From a virus: a stretch of 64,000 nt of DNA. The translations under genes were made by a program, and so were the position numbers. This document shows, in pieces, positions 1-8,996 of this stretch (within the stretch, counting starts at the first letter, position 1; every line of letters starts with the position of its first letter). Location: the IMG/VR virus record IMGVR_UViG_3300047323_000675; one strand, given 5' to 3'. The notes under the pieces are model-generated. The model did not search any database, was not told the origin of the DNA, and saw nothing but the letters and a program-made list of their open reading frames with translations.

Positions 1-507
1 TCATAATTTGGCTCTTTTTATTACTGCACCACTATTAAAGCCTAATTCTTTTTCAAGCTGTAAAGTTTCATAAACTGTTTTTAAACCACTTTCAAAAACA
101 CCTTTATCATTTTTGTGTTTAATTAACAAATTTAATACAGGAAGATTGCCTGCTAAATAATGACAAAACTCTTTACAATCTTCAATATTTTTTTCATTTT
201 TAGTAACAATAAAGGCTCTATTGCCACTATGCGGTAGTTTAATGCCATTAACATTAAATGTGTCATTAATAAACTTATGCAAGTACATATAAAAATTATT
301 ATCTTTTTCTTTTCCTTCTAATGCTTTAAGTTGATATATTACATCTAAATAATGTTTTAAATCATCAGCTTTATTATTACTTGATTTAAATTCAGATTTT
401 TTTTCAAACAATAAATCCTCATCTAGTATAAACTCGTAATAATAGGCTTGATTTTCTTTATAATTAGTATTCATAGTGACATTAGTTGTTTTTAAATATT
501 TTAACAT
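1..507 (-). CDS. Hypothetical non-repeat protein carrying the shared C-terminal tag
   Basis: 168-aa ORF ending ETLQLEKELGFNSGAVIKRAKL; its TGA overlaps an ATG at the window edge (ATGA). Confidence 0.8.
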   Translation of the reverse strand: MLKYLKTTNVTMNTNYKENQAYYYEFILDEDLLFEKKSEFKSSNNKADDLKHYLDVIYQLKALEGKEKDNNFYMYLHKFINDTFNVNGIKLPHSGNRAFIVTKNEKNIEDCKEFCHYLAGNLPVLNLLIKHKNDKGVFESGLKTVYETLQLEKELGFNSGAVIKRAKL

Positions 508-553
508 TTTTTAAAATAATAACAAATACTATATTAAAAAACCTTCAATCTTA

Positions 554-582
554 TTGACAAGAAAAAACTTACCTATCATATT
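554..582 (+). promoter_or_regulatory. Putative sigma70 promoter of pilU
   Basis: TTGACA at 554-559, 17-bp spacer, weak -10 (CATATT); AAGGAAG Shine-Dalgarno before ATG 615. Confidence 0.4.
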
Positions 583-614
583 AGAACAAAACAATAACAA
601 TAAAAGGAAGTTAA

Positions 615-1817
615 ATGTCAGATCAATTTGCCAAAATAGAACAATCTCAAACCAATGCTGCTAAAGCTGCAACTAATGAGAATCCTTATAAAGCATACAT
701 GATTCAATTATTGAAAACCATGTTTGAAAAAAAAGGTTCCGACTTGTTTATTACATCAGGCTTTCCTCCAGCAATGAAATTAAATGGTGAGTTAACACCT
801 ATGGCTAATCAACCCTTAACACCAGAAAATACCTTAGCATTCGTTCACTCTATTATGAACGAAAAACAAAAGAAAGAGTTTACCGAAAATCTTGAATGTA
901 ACTTCGCTATTGCTGTTGAAGGTATTGCTCGTTTCCGTTGCAATGCATTTATGCAGCAAGGTCGTGCAGGTATGATTCTTCGTATTATTAATACCAAAAT
1001 TCCACAATTAGCTTCTTTAGGTGTTCCAGATACATTAAAGAAAATTATTATGGAAAAGCGCGGATTAATTATCGTAGTTGGAGCAACAGGTTCAGGTAAA
1101 TCAACTACTTTAGCTGCCATGATTGGTCATAGAAATCAAAATCAAGCAGGACATATTATTACTATTGAAGATCCAATTGAATTCGTTCATGAACATGCAA
1201 AAAGTATTGTTACTCAGCGTGAAGTAGGAGTTGATACTCATTCGTGGGAAGAAGCTCTTCACAACACTCTTCGTCAGGCTCCCGATGTTATTTTAATTGG
1301 TGAGATTCGTAGTAGAGAAACTATGGAACATGCTGTAGCTTTTGCTGAAACTGGTCACTTATGCTTAGCAACTCTACATGCGAATAACTCTAACCAGGCT
1401 TTAGATCGTATTATCAATATGTTCCCAGAAGAAAGAAGACATCAACTTTTAATGGACTTGTCATTAAATTTAAAAGCAGTTGTATCTCAACGATTATTAC
1501 CTGCTGCAAATAAGGGGCGTGTTCCAGCAGTTGAAATTCTCTTAAATACTCCATTTATTCAAGACCTTATTTTTAAAGGTGAAGTTGGGGCAATTAAAGA
1601 AGCTATGAAGAAAGGTAAAGAACTTGGAATGCAAACCTTTGACCAAGCTATTTTTGATCATTACGAAGTAGGCAATATTACTTATGAAGATGCATTAAGA
1701 AATGCCGACTCTGTAACTGACCTTAAACTTGCAATTAAATTGAACTCCAAGCGTGGTTTACCAGATGATCAAAAAGCAAGTAATGCACAAAGTTCTGAAG
1801 GATTAAAAATTCTTTAA
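615..1817 (+). CDS. pilU: Type IV pilus twitching-motility ATPase, PilT/PilU family, PilU-type
   Basis: GSDLFIT, Walker A GATGSGKST, TIEDPIEF, LRQAPDVILIGEIR (Walker B), His boxes, GMQTFDQ; lacks the PilT AIRNLIRE motif and has PilU-like LIFKGEV. Confidence 0.9.
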   Translation: MSDQFAKIEQSQTNAAKAATNENPYKAYMIQLLKTMFEKKGSDLFITSGFPPAMKLNGELTPMANQPLTPENTLAFVHSIMNEKQKKEFTENLECNFAIAVEGIARFRCNAFMQQGRAGMILRIINTKIPQLASLGVPDTLKKIIMEKRGLIIVVGATGSGKSTTLAAMIGHRNQNQAGHIITIEDPIEFVHEHAKSIVTQREVGVDTHSWEEALHNTLRQAPDVILIGEIRSRETMEHAVAFAETGHLCLATLHANNSNQALDRIINMFPEERRHQLLMDLSLNLKAVVSQRLLPAANKGRVPAVEILLNTPFIQDLIFKGEVGAIKEAMKKGKELGMQTFDQAIFDHYEVGNITYEDALRNADSVTDLKLAIKLNSKRGLPDDQKASNAQSSEGLKIL

Positions 1818-1822
1818 TAGTT

Positions 1823-1859
1823 AAATAAAAAAGGCATTTTTATAATGCCTTTTTTATTT
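1823..1859. terminator. Bidirectional intrinsic terminator
   Basis: Perfect 16-bp inverted repeat AAATAAAAAAGGCATT/AATGCCTTTTTTATTT between convergent pilU and the LRR array. Confidence 0.85.
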
Positions 1860-2407
1860 CATATTTTAAGCTTTTTAACATCATTATTTTTATTAATAGG
1901 AAGATTTTTTTGTAAATCTTGTTCACAGATAATACTTTCTAAATCTTTGCCTGAAATATGTACAGAAATAGCATTTTTATTTATAGCTGATATGTGATAA
2001 TAATTATGAATCTCTTTTATTTCATATGGCTCGGTACAATAATAACTATGAATAAAGAAACCTAAAATTGTTGAATTTAAATCACTAATTGAGTTTAAAT
2101 GATTATTCATACAATTAAAATCACCTTCAATAATTCTAGGACAATCTTTGAAATTAGTAATTTTATTGCCAAAGCAATAAAAATCTCCTCTTACTTCAAC
2201 TGGGCAACCTTGAAACGAAGTTAATTTGTTATGATTGCACCAAAAATTACCATTAATAACACCAAATTGAATTAGTATTTCATAAAGGTTTTTATCAGAT
2301 AAATTAACATCATTATCAACATCAACAGTTAAATCATCATTAATAGTATAATTTTCAATATGATACTCATGTAACCATTTTATAATATCACTTTTTGTTT
2401 TTAGCAT
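1859..2407 (-). CDS. Short LRR-like repeat protein with shared C-terminal tag (LRR 1 of 5)
   Basis: N-cap MLKTK..I..WL..Y.I.NYTINDDLTVDV, three 22-aa F.C..N.L units, ends VKKLKI; start moved to ATG 2407 (GAGG upstream) from the TTG in the ORF track. Confidence 0.8.
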   Translation of the reverse strand: MLKTKSDIIKWLHEYHIENYTINDDLTVDVDNDVNLSDKNLYEILIQFGVINGNFWCNHNKLTSFQGCPVEVRGDFYCFGNKITNFKDCPRIIEGDFNCMNNHLNSISDLNSTILGFFIHSYYCTEPYEIKEIHNYYHISAINKNAISVHISGKDLESIICEQDLQKNLPINKNNDVKKLKI

Positions 2408-2415
2408 CGTTATCC

Positions 2416-2973
2416 TCAAACCTTTATCTTTTTTTCTTTATCAGCTAAGCTTTTTGACTCTATTTTTATTTCTTCGTTAAATAAATAATGTTCTAAGATA
2501 ATCTTGAGATCTTTATTAAATAACATAATCTCGATTTCATTATTTGTTTTATGTTTTTCCCTATAGTGTTCTGCTAACTCTTTAATCTTTGGCATTTTTT
2601 TTATATTAATTGACTGATAAATGTGGCTACCTATTTCAGTTTTAAAGCCTTTTAATGAAATAATAGGATTATCTGAGCAAAAAAACCCCCCTGCAATAAT
2701 AAGCGGTGCATAATCTAAACTTATTAAATTATTTCTTGAACAAGAAAAATGACCATTTATTTTATAAGGACAACCTTTTAATGAACTTAGATTATTATTG
2801 TCACAATAAAAAGATTTCTCAACAATGCCAAACTGAATAGGAAACTCATTTAAACCCATATTGGATAACTTAACTTGTTCCATAACATCAACCGTTAAGT
2901 CATCATTGATTGTATAGCTTGTAACCTTATATTTATCCAACCAATCTTTAATCTCATTTTTAGTTTTTAGCAT
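2416..2973 (-). CDS. Short LRR-like repeat protein with shared tag (LRR 2)
   Basis: Same N-cap and three units; ends KEKKIKV. Confidence 0.8.
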   Translation of the reverse strand: MLKTKNEIKDWLDKYKVTSYTINDDLTVDVMEQVKLSNMGLNEFPIQFGIVEKSFYCDNNNLSSLKGCPYKINGHFSCSRNNLISLDYAPLIIAGGFFCSDNPIISLKGFKTEIGSHIYQSINIKKMPKIKELAEHYREKHKTNNEIEIMLFNKDLKIILEHYLFNEEIKIESKSLADKEKKIKV

Positions 2974-2975
2974 AA

Positions 2976-3527
2976 TTAAATTTTATTTTTTTTAGTTATA
3001 ACATTATTTTTTACAGGAAGATTTTCTTTTAATTCAAGGTATGAAAGAACTTTATATAGTTCTTCTTGTGAAACAAGAACCTTAAATTCTTCGTTATCAG
3101 AATTAGATTTACAAGGTTGATATAAATCTTTAAGCTCAATAATCCGATGTGGATCTTTAAAAGAATAAGCATGATAAAGATGTGATATTTCACTATTAAA
3201 TCCTGTTAAAGATTCAATGGGATTATGCGAACAAATAAGTTGGCCACCAATAAACTGAGGACAAAAATCCAAATTAATTAATTCATTATAACTACAATTG
3301 AAATGACCTTTAACTCTATATGGCATACCTTTTAATGATTTTAGTTTATTAGAACCACAATAAACTGTTCCATGAACAGTTCCAAATTGAATTGGTATTT
3401 CAACTAAACCTTTATTTGGCAAACGCAAATCTCTAGTAACATCAACAGTTAAATCATTATTAATGATTGCATTATAAACATCATATTTATTTAACCAATC
3501 TTCAATCTCTTCTCTAGTTTTTAACAT
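2976..3527 (-). CDS. Short LRR-like repeat protein with shared tag (LRR 3)
   Basis: Same architecture; ends ITKKNKI; ATG at 3527 preferred over upstream TTG. Confidence 0.8.
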   Translation of the reverse strand: MLKTREEIEDWLNKYDVYNAIINNDLTVDVTRDLRLPNKGLVEIPIQFGTVHGTVYCGSNKLKSLKGMPYRVKGHFNCSYNELINLDFCPQFIGGQLICSHNPIESLTGFNSEISHLYHAYSFKDPHRIIELKDLYQPCKSNSDNEEFKVLVSQEELYKVLSYLELKENLPVKNNVITKKNKI

Positions 3528-3529
3528 AA

Positions 3530-4081
3530 TCAAACCTTAAGTTTTTTTCTTTGTTTTACCGTTAGAATGTCTGAAATAATTTCCTCTTTTAATTCATTAT
3601 AAGAAAGAAATTTTAATAGATTTTTTCCATGAATTACCACTGCTGTTTCAAGATTGTTTTCTACTTTTTTATAAAGAGACTTCAATTCTTTTATCTCACA
3701 TTTTTTATCAGACATATAACTGTGTGCAAAATCACCATCAATTTGGCTACGAAAATTTTTAATATTTTTAATTGGATTTCTACAGCAATTAAAATCTTCA
3801 TTTACCAATTTAGGAGCATAATCTAAATTTTTTAATTCATTATCTTCACAATGAAATGAGCCTGTAATTGTATGAGGAACACCTTTTAAAGATTGTAGCT
3901 TATTTTTAGCACAAAAAAATCCCCCCTTAACTACTCCAAATTGGATAGGAATTTCAGTTAAAAATTTATGTGATAAAAAAACATGAGTATCAACATCAAC
4001 AATTAAATCATCTTTAATAGTATAGTTAGTAATAGAATATTTATTTAACCAATTTTCAATTTCTTCTTTTGTTTGTAACAT
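3530..4081 (-). CDS. Short LRR-like repeat protein with shared tag (LRR 4)
   Basis: Same architecture; ends QRKKLKV. Confidence 0.8.
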   Translation of the reverse strand: MLQTKEEIENWLNKYSITNYTIKDDLIVDVDTHVFLSHKFLTEIPIQFGVVKGGFFCAKNKLQSLKGVPHTITGSFHCEDNELKNLDYAPKLVNEDFNCCRNPIKNIKNFRSQIDGDFAHSYMSDKKCEIKELKSLYKKVENNLETAVVIHGKNLLKFLSYNELKEEIISDILTVKQRKKLKV

Positions 4082-4087
4082 AATTAA

Positions 4088-4639
4088 TCATAGTTTAAAT
4101 TTATTTTTTTCTTTTAGGATATCAACTTCTCCAATAACTTCTTTTTTAAGTTTAATATAAGAAAGAAGTTTAGTTAAATCCTTGCCAGAAATGACAACTG
4201 CTACTTGAAGATGATTTTCTACTTTTTCATAAAAATCTTTAAGTTCTTTTATTTGCCATTTTTTATCAGGCATATAAGTATGAATAAAGTCTCCATCAAT
4301 TTTACTATTAAAATTTTTAATATTTTTAATGGGATTATCCGAACAAATAAAATTTTCAGTAATGATTTTAGGACAATAATCTAAATTAATCAATTCATTA
4401 TTTTGACAATGAAATGATCCATTAACAATATAAGGGCTTCCTTTTAATGATTTCAATTTATTATTGGTACAAAAAAATCCACCATTTATAACTCCAAATT
4501 GGATAGGAATTTCTGTTAAATTGTCATAAAATAAAAAAACAGATCTAGCAACATCAACAGTTAAATCGTCATTAATAGTATATTCTTTTATATCATGTTG
4601 ATCCAACCAATTTTCAATTTCTTCTTTAGTTTTTAACAT
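4088..4639 (-). CDS. Short LRR-like repeat protein with shared tag (LRR 5)
   Basis: Same architecture, closest to LRR 4; ends EKNKFKL. Confidence 0.8.
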   Translation of the reverse strand: MLKTKEEIENWLDQHDIKEYTINDDLTVDVARSVFLFYDNLTEIPIQFGVINGGFFCTNNKLKSLKGSPYIVNGSFHCQNNELINLDYCPKIITENFICSDNPIKNIKNFNSKIDGDFIHTYMPDKKWQIKELKDFYEKVENHLQVAVVISGKDLTKLLSYIKLKKEVIGEVDILKEKNKFKL

Positions 4640-4698
4640 AATAAAACCATTTTTTATTAGTTAATTATAATGTATTAATAATTAATTTCCAAATTAAA

Positions 4699-4726
4699 TT
4701 GATTAAAGAATTTTTATTAATATAAT
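4699..4726 (+). promoter_or_regulatory. Putative sigma70 promoter
   Basis: TTGATT, 16 bp, TATAAT upstream of the 4761 gene; such motifs arise easily at this AT content. Confidence 0.35.
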
Positions 4727-4760
4727 ATACAATATAATATAATAATTAAAAGGATAGTCT

Positions 4761-5264
4761 ATGAATTCCAAATTTGAACAATTTAAAGATTTAGATTCTA
4801 AACAGATATATAAAGAATTAAATAAGGCTACTACTAATAAAGATTATGAACTTATATCTTATTTGCTTGAGAAAGATGCAATATTAAAGGATATTGCTGC
4901 TAACCATAATGATATTTTAAGTGGCGATCCTAAAACAGAAATTGGTATTTTATTAAAAAAAATAAGTACTAATAAAAAAGAAGATTTATTAAAAGTACTA
5001 GAGAAAAAGGGAAATAATTTATGGATTGACGATAATCCTTCTCACTTTAATTTTAGTGAACATTTTTCTTTTCCAACATTATTCCCTAATACTAAAATAA
5101 TCCAAGATTTTGCTAAAGAAGCCGGTCAAGTTGAGAATTTAATTAACGATACAAATTCTACTTCTCCACAAAATTTCAATGATAGATTTAAAGATGTTTT
5201 AAACAATTTAAGAAGTAATTCTGATAAAAATACAAATCATAATAAGGGAAATACTCCTAAATAA
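4761..5264 (+). CDS. Hypothetical protein with ankyrin-array-like N-terminus and a different C-terminus
   Basis: AAGGA Shine-Dalgarno; N-term FEQFKDL...KELNKA...DYELISYLL resembles the ankyrin N-caps; ends DVLNNLRSNSDKNTNHNKGNTPK. Confidence 0.7.
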   Translation: MNSKFEQFKDLDSKQIYKELNKATTNKDYELISYLLEKDAILKDIAANHNDILSGDPKTEIGILLKKISTNKKEDLLKVLEKKGNNLWIDDNPSHFNFSEHFSFPTLFPNTKIIQDFAKEAGQVENLINDTNSTSPQNFNDRFKDVLNNLRSNSDKNTNHNKGNTPK

Positions 5265-5334
5265 AACTTACTAAATTTATTAGTTGCATTATTTCAGTTT
5301 TTGAGTATTATAAGCATAATTTTTCCAAATAATT

Positions 5335-6597
5335 ATGCACATCCAAAAAGTATACGAAAATAGACAAGAACAAAAATATATAGACCATTTTAATTACGAT
5401 CATATGGTCTATGTTCGTTTATTTGAAGGCTGTAATCTAGCATGTGAACATTGCTTCATTCCTTCTAATCCTAAAAAAATTGAAGCATCATTTTATCAAA
5501 ACCAAGGATTAACTAATACTCTTGTTCAAGAAGCTCATATTAAAGAAAATAGTAAACTTTATATACAATGGCATGGTGGTGAGCCAACTCTTTTAGGTCC
5601 AGAATATCTTGAAAATGCCATTAATGAAGTAGAACTAGATAAAAGGTTTACATATCAACATGGAATTCAAACAAATTTAATTAATTTTTCTGAAAATACA
5701 GAGAAATGGGTAAACTTATATAAGAATAAATTTAATTCACATGTAGGTATTAGCTGGGATGCTAAAATTAGGCATATCAAGAGGAAAGAGCAAACTGAAG
5801 AAACTAACCAAATATTTGAGGAAAAATTTTGGAGTAATGTCACATTAGCCCAAAATCATGGACTTAATCTTTATATGGTCGTAACAGTTACTAAAGTATT
5901 TTTTGAAGAATTTAAAAATCCATTTGATTTTTTTGAAATGATGGTTGAAAAAGGTATTACTCAATTAAATTTTGAAAGAATTACCAATACAGGAACAGCT
6001 AGAAAAACTTGGGATAGATTAGGTCTTTCGAATGCTCAATATTCTCAAAACATGTCTAAATTTTTTAAAGCTTATATTTTATTCAAAGATAACAACCCAG
6101 AAGTAACTCTTAACATATCACCTTTTGATGGTTTATTAGACTCAGTGTTAGGACTAATTGAAAGAAATAAATTAAATAAAAATGCTGAGTTATTCAACAC
6201 TGATAAAGCTAATATTTGGGATATAATGAGTTTTAAAAATCAAGGCTATGGTTGCTGGTCAGGGCAATGTGATACTCGTTTCCATACAATAGATTCAAAT
6301 GGTTATAAACATGGTTGCACTGCATTAACTAGTGAACAAGATAATAAAAATAAAGATTTAGCTTCTAGCTTATCAGGAAAGAAAATTATTTGGTTAGGTG
6401 GTAATGCAAAACAACAAAAAGAAAATATTATATCAACAAGAAAACAAAGACAAGATGCTTGCCAAACTTGTCAATTCTTAAGTATTTGTTCTTCAGGATG
6501 CTTGGCGGTAGAAAAATGGGATGAATCAGGTGAATGTTCAGGTGGTAAAAAATTGTTTGAAACCATTTATACAGTTTCGTCAAAAGCAATAATTTAA
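5335..6597 (+). CDS. Radical SAM/SPASM-domain protein (rSAM-1)
   Basis: CNLACEHC, WHGGEPTLLG, QTNL, GISWD; C-terminal Cys set GCWSGQC...GC...CQTCQFLSICSSGC...EC. Confidence 0.9.
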   Translation: MHIQKVYENRQEQKYIDHFNYDHMVYVRLFEGCNLACEHCFIPSNPKKIEASFYQNQGLTNTLVQEAHIKENSKLYIQWHGGEPTLLGPEYLENAINEVELDKRFTYQHGIQTNLINFSENTEKWVNLYKNKFNSHVGISWDAKIRHIKRKEQTEETNQIFEEKFWSNVTLAQNHGLNLYMVVTVTKVFFEEFKNPFDFFEMMVEKGITQLNFERITNTGTARKTWDRLGLSNAQYSQNMSKFFKAYILFKDNNPEVTLNISPFDGLLDSVLGLIERNKLNKNAELFNTDKANIWDIMSFKNQGYGCWSGQCDTRFHTIDSNGYKHGCTALTSEQDNKNKDLASSLSGKKIIWLGGNAKQQKENIISTRKQRQDACQTCQFLSICSSGCLAVEKWDESGECSGGKKLFETIYTVSSKAII

Positions 6598-6598
6598 A

Positions 6599-7525
6599 TT
6601 ATAATTTTATCTTTTTTATTAAATCGGCATTCTTACTTAATTCATTATTTAATTCTTTTTTTAAATGATAAGCATTAATTGCTTTTTTTCTTTCTTTTTT
6701 GTTTCTGAATTTGCACCAATAAGGAGCATTAATATTACAATTTATAAATATAGAACTTATGTTAGCTTTATAAGGAGTCCAATCTAATAAATTTTGTTTA
6801 AATTCTGAGTTTTTAAACATAGCACTCATATCTGCTACATTGGACACATCCCATTGAGATATGTCACCATTAAATTTTGATGACAAAAACATATAATCCA
6901 TGCAAATTACATTAGACACATCCCAATTAAATATATCTTTATTAAAAGCAGATTGTTCAAACATAAAACGCATATTTTTAACATTAGAAACATTCCAATT
7001 TAATATATTGCCATTAAAATTAGTGTGAGCAAACATATACGACATATCCTCAACCTTAGACACATTCCAATTGGAAATATCTTTATCAAATTTTGACTCA
7101 CAAAACATATAACTCATGTCTGTTACATTGGATACATCCCAATTTGAAATATTACCAGTAAATTTAGAGCGGAAAAATAGACGATGCATGATTTTAACAT
7201 TAGAAACATTCCAATTTGAAATATCACCATTAAATTCTGAAACCATAAACAGCCAATTCATACTTGTTACCTTAGAAACATCCCACCGGCTTAGATCCCC
7301 ATTGAATTTACATTTATAAAACATAAAAGACATATCGTTTACATTTGAGGTATTCCAATTACTAATATTTCCATTAAACTTAGAATTCTCAAACAAATGA
7401 GACATGTCTGTAATATTAGACACATCAATATGGTTTAAGTCACAATTATTTCCATTTAATTCAATTTCTTCTTGGATTAAATCCTTTAAATGATTTTTGT
7501 CTTTAGCCACAATAGTTGTTTTCAT
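6599..7525 (-). CDS. DUF285/BspA-like repeat protein with shared tag (9 units)
   Basis: N-cap CDLNHIDVS, 24-aa FNGDISxW[DN]VSxVxxMxxMF units, PYW cap, ends LIKKIKL. Confidence 0.88.
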   Translation of the reverse strand: MKTTIVAKDKNHLKDLIQEEIELNGNNCDLNHIDVSNITDMSHLFENSKFNGNISNWNTSNVNDMSFMFYKCKFNGDLSRWDVSKVTSMNWLFMVSEFNGDISNWNVSNVKIMHRLFFRSKFTGNISNWDVSNVTDMSYMFCESKFDKDISNWNVSKVEDMSYMFAHTNFNGNILNWNVSNVKNMRFMFEQSAFNKDIFNWDVSNVICMDYMFLSSKFNGDISQWDVSNVADMSAMFKNSEFKQNLLDWTPYKANISSIFINCNINAPYWCKFRNKKERKKAINAYHLKKELNNELSKNADLIKKIKL

Positions 7526-8097
7526 AATTTTACCTTTTTTATTAAATTGGCATTCTTACTTAAATCATTATTCAACTCTTCATTTAAATGATAAGCATCA
7601 ATAGCTTTTCTTCTTTCTTCTTTATCTTGGTAATGACTCCAGTAAGGGATGGGGCATTCTGTTTCGGAAAACAAACTATTTGTAAAAAAAATTTCTAAAT
7701 TATATGGTTTCCAATTAGAAATATCACCTTTAAATTTAGAATATTTAAACATTTTAGTCATATCAATTAAGTTTGATACATCCCAATTAGATATATCCTG
7801 ATCAAAAGCAGAAAAGTAAAACATTTCATTCATATCTAAAACATTAGAAACATTCCAATTACTAATATCGCCATTAAATTGTGATTTATAAAACATGTTA
7901 TACATGCTAGTAACCTTTGAAGTATCCCACTGGCTAATGTTGCCATTGAATAAAGAATCTTCAAATAATAAACTCATATCCTCAATATTAGATACATCAA
8001 TATGATTTAAGTCACATTCATTCCCATTCAAAAGAATTTCTTTTATAATTAATTCTTTTAAATGTTCTCTATTCTTAGCTACAATTATATCTATCAT
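7522..8097 (-). CDS. DUF285/BspA-like repeat protein with shared tag (4 units)
   Basis: Same architecture; ends LIKKVKL. Confidence 0.88.
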   Translation of the reverse strand: MIDIIVAKNREHLKELIIKEILLNGNECDLNHIDVSNIEDMSLLFEDSLFNGNISQWDTSKVTSMYNMFYKSQFNGDISNWNVSNVLDMNEMFYFSAFDQDISNWDVSNLIDMTKMFKYSKFKGDISNWKPYNLEIFFTNSLFSETECPIPYWSHYQDKEERRKAIDAYHLNEELNNDLSKNANLIKKVKL

Positions 8098-8879
8098 AAT
8101 TTTATCTTTTTTATTAAATGGGCATTCTTGCTTAACTCATTATTTAATTCTTTGTTTAAATGATAAGCATGAATAGCTTTTTTTCTTTCATCCTTATCTT
8201 CATAATTAGCCCAATAAGGAATTGCACATATTGAATTATTAAACATATCATCTAAAGATTCTAGAGCATATGGTTTCCAATTTGATATATCTTTATCAAA
8301 TTTAGCCTCTTTAAACATAGCTTGCATATATTTCACTTGAGAAACATCCCATTTAGAAATATCACCATTAAATTCTGAAAGCTCAAACATTCCATCCATA
8401 TCGTCTACTTGAGAAACAACCCATTTACTTATATTCCCATTAAATTTAGAACTATAAAACATCGTGACCATAAAATTTACATTAGAAACATTCCACTTAG
8501 ATATATCACCGTTAAACAAGGAATCATTAAACATAGATTGCATACTTCCAACATTAGAAACATTCCATTTGCTAATATCACCATTGAATTTTGAACTCAT
8601 AAACATAAATGACATATCTTTAACATTTGACACATCCCAATTAGAAATGTCACCATTAAATTTTGAATCAAAAAACAATTGATGCATATTTGTGACATTA
8701 GATACATCCCACTCAGAGATGTCACCATTAAATTCTGAATCAGAGAATAATCCACTCATATCTGTAATCTGACTTACATCTATATGGTTTAAATCGCACT
8801 CATAACTATTTAGTCTTATTTCATGTTTGATAAGTTTTTTTAAGTGCTCATTACCAAGGGCTAAAATTTTATTTTTCAT
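8094..8879 (-). CDS. DUF285/BspA-like repeat protein with shared tag (7 units)
   Basis: Same architecture; ends LIKKIKL. Confidence 0.88.
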   Translation of the reverse strand: MKNKILALGNEHLKKLIKHEIRLNSYECDLNHIDVSQITDMSGLFSDSEFNGDISEWDVSNVTNMHQLFFDSKFNGDISNWDVSNVKDMSFMFMSSKFNGDISKWNVSNVGSMQSMFNDSLFNGDISKWNVSNVNFMVTMFYSSKFNGNISKWVVSQVDDMDGMFELSEFNGDISKWDVSQVKYMQAMFKEAKFDKDISNWKPYALESLDDMFNNSICAIPYWANYEDKDERKKAIHAYHLNKELNNELSKNAHLIKKIKL

Positions 8880-8944
8880 AAATGAATCCAGTTATGATTT
8901 AAGTTTAACAGAAATTAAAATTTCTAAAAGAAATATTTACCTTA

Positions 8945-8972
8945 TTGATTTCTATTTTTTAAATAATACAAT
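8945..8972 (+). promoter_or_regulatory. Putative sigma70 promoter
   Basis: TTGATT, 16 bp, TACAAT; AAGGA Shine-Dalgarno before ATG 8997. Confidence 0.35.
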
Positions 8973-8996
8973 AAATATATCTATTAAGGAATATAA

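Noticed and set aside
845..1120. 91-aa ORF antisense to pilU, and similar antisense ORFs inside ankyrin and radical SAM genes (27970, 28183, 29194, 41687, 42310, 54091, 57799)
   Set aside because: They lie almost wholly within well-supported opposite-strand genes and mirror their conserved motifs.
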